64,000 nt of DNA from a virus. Taxonomy: Duplodnaviria; Caudoviricetes. Position numbers and translations under genes: made by a program. The stretch is from positions 32,001 through 96,000 of IMG/VR virus record IMGVR_UViG_3300020576_006930. One strand, given 5' to 3'. Shown here one piece after another: positions 44,833 to 55,982 of this stretch. The stretch's first letter is position 1, and each line of letters begins with the position of its first letter. Below the pieces are notes generated by a model. The model saw nothing but the letters and a program-made list of their open reading frames with translations. It was not told where the DNA came from and did no database searches.

Positions 44833-45666
44833 ATGAAGCGACTCAAAAAATCACCGAAGAACCATGTCCGAAAAAAATCCTCTCCCGCTCCTACGGTTAA
44901 ATCCCCCAAAAAGATAGACCCGCCTGTTGGTCCTAATATCGCACGTAATTGGCGACCACGAAAACCCCGCAGTAAAAAGTTCTCCATTGATAGAATGTAT
45001 TTCACCCAAGACACTGAGAATGCCATAGTTAAATATAATACCACCGAATGTCAGGAAACACGGAATAACATCTACAATACTCTTATCAAGTACGCTTTTG
45101 AAAAATTAGTAGAAAATGTTTTTAACACCTTCAAGTTCTCATATTTAGAAACCGGACCACTTGACGCCCAGAAAGAAACGGTTGCCCACCTTGTCGCGAA
45201 CATTAACAAGTTCGATCCAACCATCGGATTCAAAGCGTATTCGTATTTTTCTATCGTTGCGAAGAATTATCTCATCGCACTAAATAACAATAACTACAAG
45301 CGTTTCAATCAACACGTTGATATTGGGGAAGAGAGAGACGACCATACTATCCAGCTTCAGTCGGAGGATAAACATTATAAAGATTCAGAAACCGCTGAGT
45401 TCATGGATTTGATGGTTGATTTCTGGGAGAACAATGTCAATAAGATTTTCAACAAATCCCGTGACTTAAACATTGCCAATGCGATTATTGAGCTATTCCG
45501 AAACTCAGATCGGATCGACGCATATAATAAAAAAGCCTTGTATTTGTATATTCGGGAGATTTCTAGCTGTAAAACTCAACAGATAACTAAAATTATCAAT
45601 AAAATGAAGCAATACCAAAGGCAAATAACTCAGAGTTATGTTGAGGACGGAGTAGTGGAAGTATAA
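44833..45666 (+). CDS. phage sigma-factor-like protein
   Basis: YFTQDTENAIVKYN...INKFDP..GFKAYSYFSIVAKNYLI resembles sigma region 2. Confidence 0.6.
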   Translation: MKRLKKSPKNHVRKKSSPAPTVKSPKKIDPPVGPNIARNWRPRKPRSKKFSIDRMYFTQDTENAIVKYNTTECQETRNNIYNTLIKYAFEKLVENVFNTFKFSYLETGPLDAQKETVAHLVANINKFDPTIGFKAYSYFSIVAKNYLIALNNNNYKRFNQHVDIGEERDDHTIQLQSEDKHYKDSETAEFMDLMVDFWENNVNKIFNKSRDLNIANAIIELFRNSDRIDAYNKKALYLYIREISSCKTQQITKIINKMKQYQRQITQSYVEDGVVEV

Positions 45667-45723
45667 TCTAAGCATTTATTGGATAAAATGTCTAAATTGG
45701 GTTAAGTCGGTCTATTTATCCAT

Positions 45724-46119
45724 ATGGACCAAGATTTTGATATTTACGACGGAAAAACCTTTTCTCAACTCTGTAGCGATATTGTCGATAATCAGGAAGA
45801 AATGAAGGGTCAGATTGATATTCTGATCGGTGAGTTAAAACCCCTTATTAAAACCGTTAACGATGCGATGATTGTCGTTCCGTTGTTGAAGGATTATATT
45901 GACGTTGCGGTTAAGAATAACGAACACCTTATTAAATTGGCGGCTATAACCAATAAAGTAAAGGCTAAGTATTCAGACGCGGATGTGTCAGGAGCAGGTG
46001 GATTTGAGTCGGTGATGAGTGAGGAAGAAAAGTCGGAGATTGCCAAACATATCCGGGAAATTCAGGTTGGTCAAACCCAGATAAAGATTGAGAAATCGAA
46101 ACTGGGGGAGAAAGAGTAA
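45724..46119 (+). CDS. conserved large-phage hypothetical protein
   Basis: IVVPLLKDYIDVAVKNNEHLIKLA. Confidence 0.75.
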   Translation: MDQDFDIYDGKTFSQLCSDIVDNQEEMKGQIDILIGELKPLIKTVNDAMIVVPLLKDYIDVAVKNNEHLIKLAAITNKVKAKYSDADVSGAGGFESVMSEEEKSEIAKHIREIQVGQTQIKIEKSKLGEKE

Positions 46120-46121
46120 TT

Positions 46122-47714
46122 ATGCCATACTGGGAAAAGAAATCCCCCACCTCCAACAAATCGATGGATAACTACTCCACCGCGATTTCTGGACCAGCAA
46201 ATCCTCCGGAGTTTTATGAACTTGAACCCGCGGTAGTTTTAGATGTTATCATCGATAAGAACCACGAGATTTTTAAAAAGGGCAAAACCATTGGGGAAGA
46301 ACCTTGGGCGCCAGATCTTAACGGTCAGGCCGCCCTAAAAACGGATGTAGATTATACCTGGATTGGTCGGGTTCTTGTGCGTCCAGTGACTTCTGGTAAG
46401 CAAATTTCAAAAGAAAAATTGGTGTGGGCCATACCAATGGAATCAAATCTCTCCGAATACCCACTGGTTAATGAATTGGTGATTGTTGGAAAATATTTTG
46501 GAAAATATTATTACTCCAAAAAACTAAACCACTCCAATTTAGTCAATCACAATACGGATTTCTCCAAAGAACCTTACTTGGGCGGCGGAGAAAATACCGA
46601 ACTGGGTACTTCAGATTTATACCAAGGCCCATTATCGAAAACCACTCTTCAATCTGGATTTGGAGAAAAAGGAGTTGCGGGTAGGTATTTTTGGGTAAAC
46701 AAAAACATCCGTGCGTTACGTCGGCATGAAGGCGACCTCATCGTCGAAAGTCGTTTTGGCCAATCCATTAAATTTGCGGGGTATGATGACGAACGAAAGA
46801 ATGATTCGGGGCTTAAGAAAAACAAGGATTATTATGGGCCGGCGAACGGCGCATCGAAGAATCCTGTTAGCCAGGAAATGTCAGGCGGCGGAAATCCGAT
46901 GTTGATCATTCGTAATCGCCAGAGGCCGCTTTTAAAAAATGGCGAAACATTAATCTTAGCTCATAGCCCAAACCCCGGAACCATCCGGGGGACATCAGAA
47001 GAAAAAAACGTTGGTGGTTACGTTTCGGAGGATATCAATCACGACGGTTCTTCTATTCACATAACTTCAGGTCAGACGATTAGTTCCTGGGTGACCACTT
47101 GTTATAAAAAAATGTTTGGTTTGGGGGAGGAAGTTAAAGAGTTTTCTGGAATAACGACATTTACTTACCCCACTTTAGATGGTGATCAAATCGTAATTAA
47201 TTCCGACCGGCTGGTTTTATCGGCTCGTTACGGAGAACAATTTCACTATTCGAAAAAACGATATGCTATCGTCACCGATAACGAATATACCGTTGATGCG
47301 CATCAGCAGGTTGTTATAACCACCAATACCAAAGCGGTGATTAATGCGCCCGCGATTTATTTGGGGGAATACAACCAAACCAATGAACCTGTTTTGCTTG
47401 GCCAAACGTCCGTAAATTGGTTATACGATTTATGCGATTGGTTAAAAGCTCACACTCACTGGTATATTCATTCCCACGTTGATGCGGGCGAACAATCTCC
47501 GTCACAAACCCAATTGCCTGTCCAAATTCAACAATTGATTGCCTTACAGAACCGTCTGGAGAAGTTGTTAAGTCGCAGAGTGTTTGTTACGGGAGGTGGT
47601 TTGGCTCCAGGACAAAACGGAGGTTCAATAACTGATGGTACGGCACCTACCAATATCAATACCACCACCGGCGCTGGAGTTCCGGGAGGTTGGAAAGGCG
47701 CGAACAAGAGATAA
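46122..47714 (+). CDS. baseplate hub/central spike (gp5/gpV-like)
   Basis: EGDLIVESRFGQSI, GDQIVINSDRLVL, EPVLLG, terminal HTH..HSH metal-binding apex; sits upstream of gp25. Confidence 0.65.
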   Translation: MPYWEKKSPTSNKSMDNYSTAISGPANPPEFYELEPAVVLDVIIDKNHEIFKKGKTIGEEPWAPDLNGQAALKTDVDYTWIGRVLVRPVTSGKQISKEKLVWAIPMESNLSEYPLVNELVIVGKYFGKYYYSKKLNHSNLVNHNTDFSKEPYLGGGENTELGTSDLYQGPLSKTTLQSGFGEKGVAGRYFWVNKNIRALRRHEGDLIVESRFGQSIKFAGYDDERKNDSGLKKNKDYYGPANGASKNPVSQEMSGGGNPMLIIRNRQRPLLKNGETLILAHSPNPGTIRGTSEEKNVGGYVSEDINHDGSSIHITSGQTISSWVTTCYKKMFGLGEEVKEFSGITTFTYPTLDGDQIVINSDRLVLSARYGEQFHYSKKRYAIVTDNEYTVDAHQQVVITTNTKAVINAPAIYLGEYNQTNEPVLLGQTSVNWLYDLCDWLKAHTHWYIHSHVDAGEQSPSQTQLPVQIQQLIALQNRLEKLLSRRVFVTGGGLAPGQNGGSITDGTAPTNINTTTGAGVPGGWKGANKR

Positions 47715-47735
47715 CCCCACACTATTTATACACAT

Positions 47736-48305
47736 ATGAAAGCTGATGAACTTATTAAAGCCATACGAAAACTTGTCCGGGACGAAGTTAAAAAAGTTGT
47801 AACGGAAGAAGTGAATAAATCTATGACACGCCTCCTGGCCGAAGTCATTAACCGAAACCCAAATGAAGCTGCGGTAGCTATTAGAGAGGAAGCCCAGCCC
47901 CAGAAAACCTATACCAAGGACAATCGCTTAAATGAAGCTTTAAATTCAACGGTTACCAATCTGCGGCAACGTGAACCGCGTGCTCCGCATACATCTCCTA
48001 TGGTAAGTTTATCGGATATGTTTGATAAAATAGATGCTGGAGAGGATGTTATTACTCAACCAACCCCTTCGCCCATTGATACTTCCACGAAACTTGGAAT
48101 GTTAAAGAGTATTGTTAGTAACGGACCGATTAATCAACAAACTTCGGTCTTGGATCATGTCCACGCCACTCCGATTGCTAATGTGTTTAAAAAAGATTTT
48201 CGGTCTATGATGAAAAAAATCGACGAAAAACAGAAAAAAGGCGGAAGTTTCTTTGCGGGTTCTGTACCTCTGACTCCGACGATGGGTGGTTACGACTCCC
48301 AATAA
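47736..48305 (+). CDS. hypothetical virion-module protein
   Basis: 189 aa within the baseplate operon. Confidence 0.7.
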   Translation: MKADELIKAIRKLVRDEVKKVVTEEVNKSMTRLLAEVINRNPNEAAVAIREEAQPQKTYTKDNRLNEALNSTVTNLRQREPRAPHTSPMVSLSDMFDKIDAGEDVITQPTPSPIDTSTKLGMLKSIVSNGPINQQTSVLDHVHATPIANVFKKDFRSMMKKIDEKQKKGGSFFAGSVPLTPTMGGYDSQ

Positions 48306-48308
48306 TCT

Positions 48309-48725
48309 ATGATTCCGGCCTCCAAAACTCCAATTGGAATAACCATTCCAATAAGAAAGACCGCGTCCTCTTATTTTGATCAAACGTATGATACTTTGGG
48401 GCAGACTAGAGCAAATATCATAAATTTACTGAACACACGTCCTGGCGAGCGTAGAATGCAACCGACGTTTGGGAGCCGGTTGTGGATCCTGGCGTTCGAT
48501 CAGAACACGGAGATGTTGCCAGAAACCGCCCGGCGATTAATTGAAGAAGATATCTCAATGTGGGTTCCTGGAGTAAGCCTTAACTATACGGAGGTTGATC
48601 TTTTAAAAAGCGAACAAAGTCAAGACGACCGGGATATTTATAGATTACACATATCCGTTCAATTTACAATAAATTCAACGAAACAAACCGATACCATCGA
48701 ATTGAATGTGGATAGGGTACAATAA
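48309..48725 (+). CDS. baseplate wedge protein, gp25/GPW family
   Basis: NLLNTRPGERRMQPTFGSRL. Confidence 0.9.
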   Translation: MIPASKTPIGITIPIRKTASSYFDQTYDTLGQTRANIINLLNTRPGERRMQPTFGSRLWILAFDQNTEMLPETARRLIEEDISMWVPGVSLNYTEVDLLKSEQSQDDRDIYRLHISVQFTINSTKQTDTIELNVDRVQ

Positions 48726-48730
48726 CTAAT

Positions 48731-50707
48731 ATGTCAGCCACCACCCCCAAGTCATTCCAACCCCAATCTAAAGATGTGCGGTATGTTAATCGTGACTTCC
48801 CTCAGTTGAAGGAAGCCCTTATCCAATTTGCCAAATCTTATTTTCCCAACACCTATAAGGACTTTTCCGATTCTTCTCCAGGAATGATGTTCATTGAACA
48901 AGCGGCTTATGTCGGAGATGTGTTATCCTATTATACGGATTATATTTTCAAAGAATCCCTGATTGGTAATACCCAAGAACGCACTAATATCATCGCCTTG
49001 TCCCGGTACCTGGGTTATAAGGTTAAAGCTAGCCGGGGAGCAACGGCGGAGTTGGATTTATATCAAATAATACCCGCAGTTGAAATTAATGGTGAATATG
49101 TTCCGGATACCAGATTTGCTTTGGAAATCAAGGAGGGGGCACAGGTATCTAATAATGTTGGTTCTGCTTATTTGACAATGTTGCCAGTAAATTTCTCCGT
49201 TAATACTAACATTTCCCCGCGCACCGACTCCGTATACAGCCGCACCGACTCCGGTGTTCCTGAATATTTCCTCTGTAAAAAAAGCGTGCGCATTCGGGCT
49301 GGAAAAATTGTCGTTAAAAGTTTTTCGGTCAATGACCCAAGTTCATTTTTGCGATTATATCTGGATGAAACGAATGTATTGGAAATCCTTGAAGTAAAAG
49401 ACGCAGATAATAACAAATGGTATGAAGTTGATTATTTAGCTCAGGAGGTAGTATTGGATTCCGTGCCCAACGACGAATCCTATGAGGGTTTTTACACAAC
49501 TTACCGTGATCAGGTGCCTTATATTTTACAATATCTCCGAACCTCAAAACGATACACGACAAATGTGGATGAGAACAATCTCACCTATCTTGAATTCGGG
49601 GCTGGTCTGGAGGCGTTTTCCAATGAATTGGTGACGATGAATTCTCAATTGGTGGGCGTGGGTTTGAGTAATATTAATAAATTGAACATTCCCTACGATC
49701 CCTCAAACTTTTTAAAGAATGAAACCTACGGTTTAGCGCCTAACAATACCACCATCACCGTTAAATATTTGGTGGGCGGCGGTTATACGTCTAATGCTAG
49801 CGTCGATGAGATCATAAATATAGACTCTGTGGAATATGATAACTCAACTATTGGTTTGTTGCCGGATCAAATCACTAAAATTGATGATGCGAAGAGTTCG
49901 TTGCGGGTTACGAATCCCGTCCCGGCCACGGGAGGTAAGGATCCTGAAACAAATGACGAGATAAGACAAAACGCATTAGCCTTTTTCGCTGCTCAAAATC
50001 GATCAGTCACCAAAGATGATTACCTTGTGCGGGTTTATTCCATGCCGCCCAAATACGGTTCGCTTGCTAAAGTTCAAGTCGTTACCAATACCAGCCTAGA
50101 CGTCAACGTCAATCAAATTTTAACCGGCACCATCGATGCGAATAATATTGCGCAGGTGACCAACACCGACACCCAAACTTATTTTCGTAAATTGTCTTAT
50201 GACCGGTCCAATCCATTCGCCATCAACCTATACGTTTTATCTTACGATAATAACAAGAATTTAACGCCTGCGAATCAAGCACTGATCAATAATATGATCA
50301 ACTATTTGAAGCAATTTCGCATGATTACGGACGCGATAAATGTTGTGGATGGTTATGTGATAAACATTGGCCTTGAATTTACCATTTCCGTGTTCAAGGG
50401 TTACAATAAAAAAGAGGTTTTGTTGAATGCGATCACCGCGGTTCAGTATTTCTTTAACATTGATAATTGGAACTTTTCCCAAACCATCAATCTAAGCCAA
50501 CTGGAATTGGAAATTGCCAAAACCGATGGCGTTCAGTCGGTGCTTTCATTGGACATTTTCAATCTTAATGCCAACGATGGGAACTATTCCAAAGTTGAGT
50601 ATGATATCAATAGTGCCACCCGCAATAAAATTGTATACCCATCCGTTGACCCGTCTGTTTTTGAAATAAAATATCCCGATCAAGATATTAAAGGGACGGT
50701 GGTGTAA
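48731..50707 (+). CDS. baseplate wedge protein (T4 gp6 / baseplate J-like)
   Basis: NRDF..LK..L...YFP..YKDFS.SSPGMMFIE; ATGGKDPE...QNRSVTKDDY. Confidence 0.88.
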   Translation: MSATTPKSFQPQSKDVRYVNRDFPQLKEALIQFAKSYFPNTYKDFSDSSPGMMFIEQAAYVGDVLSYYTDYIFKESLIGNTQERTNIIALSRYLGYKVKASRGATAELDLYQIIPAVEINGEYVPDTRFALEIKEGAQVSNNVGSAYLTMLPVNFSVNTNISPRTDSVYSRTDSGVPEYFLCKKSVRIRAGKIVVKSFSVNDPSSFLRLYLDETNVLEILEVKDADNNKWYEVDYLAQEVVLDSVPNDESYEGFYTTYRDQVPYILQYLRTSKRYTTNVDENNLTYLEFGAGLEAFSNELVTMNSQLVGVGLSNINKLNIPYDPSNFLKNETYGLAPNNTTITVKYLVGGGYTSNASVDEIINIDSVEYDNSTIGLLPDQITKIDDAKSSLRVTNPVPATGGKDPETNDEIRQNALAFFAAQNRSVTKDDYLVRVYSMPPKYGSLAKVQVVTNTSLDVNVNQILTGTIDANNIAQVTNTDTQTYFRKLSYDRSNPFAINLYVLSYDNNKNLTPANQALINNMINYLKQFRMITDAINVVDGYVINIGLEFTISVFKGYNKKEVLLNAITAVQYFFNIDNWNFSQTINLSQLELEIAKTDGVQSVLSLDIFNLNANDGNYSKVEYDINSATRNKIVYPSVDPSVFEIKYPDQDIKGTVV

Positions 50708-50725
50708 ACCGATTTTAAGTAGATT

Positions 50726-52942
50726 ATGGCACACGTTTTCTATCCCAGAGTAGCGGATACTTACATCCGCGTAGTCAGCGGTTCTACCTTGAATGAATTT
50801 CACGTTGGGACTGGGGATAATTTTATTTTTTATTTGACGGGTTCGAATTTTGGGACAGCCTCATTGACGGCTAGCTATGCCATCTCCTCTTCCTATGCGC
50901 CAGGTTCTCCAAGTGTCAGTGCTTCTTATGCGTTAACCGCTTCCTACGCATTAAACGGAGGTAGTGTTGGATCAACTGCTAGCGCAGTCACCATTGCGGA
51001 TATCGGTAATCCCAACACCGAATACGGCGTCGTGTTCGACGCCGGTACGGGGATAAATTTAGCGAGAAATGGCGGCGGAACCAGTCTTTTTTCATTTAAC
51101 CCATCCACCGGTTCATTTAAAGCCGTAGTTTTCGTTGGCGATTTAACAGGGACCGCCAACGCAGCATCAACGGCATCTTATGCGTTGACCGCATCTTATG
51201 CGTTAAATGGTGGTGGTTCCGGCACAACTTTAAGTACCAGCAGTCTATATCCGGTAACTTCTTCCTGGGCTAAGACTTCAAGCGCAGTTACCGTGGTGGA
51301 TATAGGCAACCCCAACACTGAATACGGCGTCGTTTTCCTCAGCGATGGCAGTAACTTAGTGCGCAACGGCGGTGGGACCAGCCTATTTGCGTTTAATCCT
51401 TCCACCGGTTCATTTAAAGCCCTGGTTTTCATTGGTGACTTAACTGGCTCAGCCGCTAATGCGATATCAGCTTCGTATGCTTTAAGCGCAAGCTATGCGC
51501 TTTCAGCTTCGTATGCTTTAAGCGCAAGCTATGCGCGGACCGCTTCCTATGCGTTTACTTCCAGTTTTTCATTCACTTCCATTTCATCCGCCTTTGCGGA
51601 CTATTCCATCCAATCTTTAACAGCGTCTTATGCGCTTAATGGTGGAGCCGGAGGAACTTCAAGTTTTAGTATTTCGTCCAGTTGGGCCAGTCAATCCGCT
51701 TTTGCGCCGGTTATTTTTAGCAATGTCCAAGTTATTAATGGCCAGTTATTGATACTGAGCACCGACACCAATACTTGGTATTCGCTCGGCGTCAGTGATG
51801 ACGGGTCCGGTTCCTATACGACCAATCTAACCCCGACCACTAACACGGGTAGTTATTACGCCAGCGGCAGTTTTTATTACGCAACTATTACCAGTTCCGT
51901 GTCGGCTTCGTGGGCCACCGCTTCCATTAGCGCATCCTATGCTCGGACGGCGAGTTATGCGCTAAATGGGGGTTCAGGAGGCTCAACGATTTCGGCGTCC
52001 TGGGCTTCTAGTTCTTTAAGTTCCAGTTATGTTTTGCCCTATCAAAACTATACCGTCACGCCGACGGGTTCAGGAAATTGGATCACTTGTAGTTTTTCTC
52101 TGTCCAATCAACAAGTCAATCTGACTACGGCGTTGGTTTACAACTTTACTCATAGTAATTTACCAAGTTCCGGCCAAATTGCCGATCTAGCGGTTTTCAT
52201 AAGTCATTCCGCTAATAATACCAGCTCCTTGATCTTTCCTCCACAATGGAGAAATATTGGTTCGGGCTGGCCGACGACAATCGCCGCAAATACGGTCGGC
52301 GTGGTTTGGTTGCGGGCGATTGACACCAATGTTATTGTTGGAACTTACGGAGTATCCGGCAGCTCAGCTTCAGTAAACTCAGGTTCCGGAACTACTTTGA
52401 CCACGGGAAGTTTATACTCAATTACGGCTTCTTGGGCAATCAATTCAAATAGTTCTAGTTATTTAAATGCCTATCAAAATTTAGTGACGGTGGCGACCAG
52501 TTCTTTGAACTGGATAACTTGTAGCTTTTTATATCCCAGTCAACAAATCAGTCTTTCCGTTGCGCAAGTTTATAATTTTACGGCTAGTGGGCTGTCTAAT
52601 TCCGGACAAGTGTCTGATATTGCTTTGTTTATTAATCATTCGGCCGCTGGGTCTAGTTCTTTAGCCTTCCCCAACAACTGGAAAAATATCGGCGGGGGCT
52701 GGCCAAATACGATTTCCTCTAATACCGTCGGGGTTTTATGGTTACGTTCGTTGGACGCAAACACCATTATCGGATCGTTTAATGTGTCGGGAAGCATAAG
52801 TACTTCCGCAAGTTATGCGTTAAGTGCGTCGTATGCTCCCGGTGCGCCTAGTCTTTCCGCATCTTATGCGTTAACCTCCTCCTATGTATTGTCAACGAAC
52901 ACTTTGAAAAATTTTTCCGTGGCTATGGCGATTGCTCTATGA
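50726..52942 (+). CDS. Ser/Ala-rich tail fibre with internal duplications
   Basis: (S/T)ASYAL repeats; two duplicated modules; C-terminal VAMAIAL. Confidence 0.7.
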   Translation: MAHVFYPRVADTYIRVVSGSTLNEFHVGTGDNFIFYLTGSNFGTASLTASYAISSSYAPGSPSVSASYALTASYALNGGSVGSTASAVTIADIGNPNTEYGVVFDAGTGINLARNGGGTSLFSFNPSTGSFKAVVFVGDLTGTANAASTASYALTASYALNGGGSGTTLSTSSLYPVTSSWAKTSSAVTVVDIGNPNTEYGVVFLSDGSNLVRNGGGTSLFAFNPSTGSFKALVFIGDLTGSAANAISASYALSASYALSASYALSASYARTASYAFTSSFSFTSISSAFADYSIQSLTASYALNGGAGGTSSFSISSSWASQSAFAPVIFSNVQVINGQLLILSTDTNTWYSLGVSDDGSGSYTTNLTPTTNTGSYYASGSFYYATITSSVSASWATASISASYARTASYALNGGSGGSTISASWASSSLSSSYVLPYQNYTVTPTGSGNWITCSFSLSNQQVNLTTALVYNFTHSNLPSSGQIADLAVFISHSANNTSSLIFPPQWRNIGSGWPTTIAANTVGVVWLRAIDTNVIVGTYGVSGSSASVNSGSGTTLTTGSLYSITASWAINSNSSSYLNAYQNLVTVATSSLNWITCSFLYPSQQISLSVAQVYNFTASGLSNSGQVSDIALFINHSAAGSSSLAFPNNWKNIGGGWPNTISSNTVGVLWLRSLDANTIIGSFNVSGSISTSASYALSASYAPGAPSLSASYALTSSYVLSTNTLKNFSVAMAIAL

Positions 52943-52985
52943 CATTCTTCATATTTATATCCCAATCATTCTATTTATCTGTACA

Positions 52986-53552
52986 ATGAAACAACTCATT
53001 CCTAACTATACCTTTAATGCGGCTACCAATCAAGTGACGCTAACGGACTACCCAACCTTGGATTTGGAACGTTTATTGTTGATTACCAACGTCACCGATA
53101 ACATATTTTTATATAATTTTGCCGACCCAACCATTGGGGCAACGGTTGCGGGTAATACCATCACTTTAGCCTATAACACCACGGCAATGAGTGATACGGA
53201 CAAACTTCAGATTTTTTACGATGTGGCAAGTAATGCGCCGGCGTCGGAAGAAAGTTTACAATTATTGAAGGAGCAGGTTATTTTAACCCGCAAACTACTC
53301 AAAACCACCGAATGTTTGGCTACGGTCGATCTTAACCAGAGGATGAAGGTAGACCTGGACGGTTACCAAGGCGCAACTTTAACCGCGACGGGTTTAACGA
53401 CTCGGGTTTTGGATTCTGGCGGCTCGACGATGTATACTATCAATGGATCGACTTTGACTCTATTGTCAGCTATTCCAGAGTTATGGCGAACGATTGATCA
53501 AGCACGCATTTCTTACAATTCTGGTATCCGGGCAAATTTAACGTTTTCATAA
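52986..53552 (+). CDS. tail-associated protein
   Basis: YTFNAA...LLLITNVTDN..LYNFADP...DTDKLQIFYD. Confidence 0.65.
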   Translation: MKQLIPNYTFNAATNQVTLTDYPTLDLERLLLITNVTDNIFLYNFADPTIGATVAGNTITLAYNTTAMSDTDKLQIFYDVASNAPASEESLQLLKEQVILTRKLLKTTECLATVDLNQRMKVDLDGYQGATLTATGLTTRVLDSGGSTMYTINGSTLTLLSAIPELWRTIDQARISYNSGIRANLTFS

Positions 53553-53555
53553 TCT

Positions 53556-55964
53556 ATGGCTTTAACCAATACACTAAAACAAAAAGTTGATCTTCCAGTA
53601 TGGGAGTGGATGCGCCCTTGCCCTATCGCCACTGCCGCTGGCGGAACGCTTACAACAGCGGATGACGGTGCCCACCGTTATCTATATTATTTGGGCGCGA
53701 CTTTCTATCGTTACGACACCATATCCGATTCTTGGAATCAACTAACCACTCCACCCGTAGCTAACAGCGGTATCGCATCCATTAAATACACGGGGTATCG
53801 TGGTTATTATGGCCGCGCCATCTCTGCGCCCAGCGCTAATACTTTGCGCATCGCGGGATTATATGGCAAAGCCTTGTCCGGTTATCGCATTCGGATTATT
53901 AGCGGCACTGGCGCTGGTCAGGAACGAACGATAACTGATGTCGCTGATCCTATTATTTGGGAGCGGGGGGTAGTAACGGCGGTTTCAACGACCACCCCGT
54001 TGTCTCTGTCGGATAGCACCAAAACCTGGGCCTTTAATCGTTATCGGGATTATCAAGTACGCATTGTATTGGGAACAGGAGTAGCCACCCGACAAACTTT
54101 TAAAATTCAGTATAACAGCAATAACACCGTTTATGTCGCGGATGGTAACTATCAGGGTCTTGAACCGTTCGTGGGCGCATGGTATCGTGCGTGGACAACC
54201 AGTCCTGTTACGACTGGTGGTTCTCAGACTATTTTTCAGATTGAATCCAATGATATTACGGTTAATTCCAATTGGGATATTTTACCAAATAATACCTCAC
54301 GTTTTGTTGTCCTGAGCGGAGGGATATGGGCTTTGACCGGTGGCACGAACTTTGTGTTGATGTACTATGACATTCTGTCTGACGCATGGTATAGTAAAAC
54401 CTCCCAAGGCGCAACCGGGATTGGGCCAAGCGCAGCTTTAGCCACCGATGTAGTCTTAGAGAAGTTGGGTGAATACGCCGGCGCATTTTGGTCCGGATCA
54501 GCCACCAGTGGCAGTTTACGCAATTTAACCGATGCGACTTTGAATTTGTCAGAAAATCAATATGTCAATTACCGTGTTCGAATAACAAGTGGTTCCGGCT
54601 GGGGTCAGGAACGAACAATTATATCCAGCAGTGTCAATACTTTAACGGTTGCTCCGCCATTTTCGATTTCGCCACTATCTTCATCACAATACAAAATTTA
54701 CGGTGACACAGATAAGTTGTTATGGACCGGTGACGGTAAAGCATCTCTCTACAAATATTCTGCCGAAGCAGATATTCACGTTCAGTCAGATATCTTAGAT
54801 TACGGTTGCCCCGCTCAGTATTGTTTTACTTGGGCTGGGATGCCAACTGCTGCGCAACCAATTTCATCCATTACCAGGGTGGGAACTTTAGCGCAAGTCA
54901 CGACCTCCTATAACCACTGCCTATCTGCGAGTAATGTAGTTCAGATTTACGGAGCAAGCGATCCGCTTTACAACATTTCCGCTAGCGTCACTTCCGTCCC
55001 AACGCTTACTGGATTTACTTATGTTATGGCTGGTACTCCAGGTTCTAATGCGACGACGGCTATACCCGCGCTTTCCATTAACAATCTATCAGATCCCAGT
55101 AAAAACTGGATTACTAATGAACATAGTGGTAGCATTTGTATTTATCAAAGCGCAACCGTAGGCACATATAACCCTGTGTTTCGTGCGTTTCGCATTCAAA
55201 ATAATACTTCCCAGTCATTGACTCTCTTTTCATCCTCCGCTGCCCCAATTATCGGAGGAAAATACGCGATTTGTTCCCAACAAGCCTTTGGCACATATTA
55301 TTCCGCGTCTGTTCCTGTAATGGGCAGCGCCACAACTCTTGGATCGACCACAACAATTGTGGATAGCACTAAAACTTGGCCGGTTAATATTTTTGCGGGA
55401 TATCGTGTCAAAGTAATGGCCGGCGCCGGCCATGGCTCAGAAGTAGCCATCACCTCTAACACGGCTACAACTTTAACGGTCGGCACATTATTAGCCGCTT
55501 CCGATACTAGTTCAATGTATTGTGTCCTGGGATCTCCGGTTAAAGGATTATCCCACGGTTTACTTTGGGCCGGGTCTACTTCCGGATCATTATATTCCGG
55601 CTACGAAAAATATCTATACTCACCGGTCGGCGGCGCCTCTTCCCAATTGACAAGGTTTAACCTTCAAACGGATCAGTGGGAACTTATTGAGTGGTATCCA
55701 TTTATGGAAACCCTAACCACTGGCACTTGTTATGCTTACGACGGAACCAATGATATTTATTTCCAAAAGGATAATACTGGAAGAATTTATCGTTTGGATG
55801 TCGCAACCTTGGTGGTTGAACCCGCAGCGACGATCCCTTACGGCCATAGCACCGTGCTTCTGGGTAATCGTATGGAAATCATTCAAACCGAAGACGATCT
55901 CAAATACTTATACATTATGCGTAACACGGGTCAGGAGATGTGGCGCACGCTTTTGTTTTGGTAA
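53556..55964 (+). CDS. large beta-rich virion/receptor-binding protein
   Basis: Repeated (I/V)xIxSGxGxGQERxI modules with Kelch-like flanks. Confidence 0.65.
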   Translation: MALTNTLKQKVDLPVWEWMRPCPIATAAGGTLTTADDGAHRYLYYLGATFYRYDTISDSWNQLTTPPVANSGIASIKYTGYRGYYGRAISAPSANTLRIAGLYGKALSGYRIRIISGTGAGQERTITDVADPIIWERGVVTAVSTTTPLSLSDSTKTWAFNRYRDYQVRIVLGTGVATRQTFKIQYNSNNTVYVADGNYQGLEPFVGAWYRAWTTSPVTTGGSQTIFQIESNDITVNSNWDILPNNTSRFVVLSGGIWALTGGTNFVLMYYDILSDAWYSKTSQGATGIGPSAALATDVVLEKLGEYAGAFWSGSATSGSLRNLTDATLNLSENQYVNYRVRITSGSGWGQERTIISSSVNTLTVAPPFSISPLSSSQYKIYGDTDKLLWTGDGKASLYKYSAEADIHVQSDILDYGCPAQYCFTWAGMPTAAQPISSITRVGTLAQVTTSYNHCLSASNVVQIYGASDPLYNISASVTSVPTLTGFTYVMAGTPGSNATTAIPALSINNLSDPSKNWITNEHSGSICIYQSATVGTYNPVFRAFRIQNNTSQSLTLFSSSAAPIIGGKYAICSQQAFGTYYSASVPVMGSATTLGSTTTIVDSTKTWPVNIFAGYRVKVMAGAGHGSEVAITSNTATTLTVGTLLAASDTSSMYCVLGSPVKGLSHGLLWAGSTSGSLYSGYEKYLYSPVGGASSQLTRFNLQTDQWELIEWYPFMETLTTGTCYAYDGTNDIYFQKDNTGRIYRLDVATLVVEPAATIPYGHSTVLLGNRMEIIQTEDDLKYLYIMRNTGQEMWRTLLFW

Positions 55965-55982
55965 AGAAAATTCAATACATAT

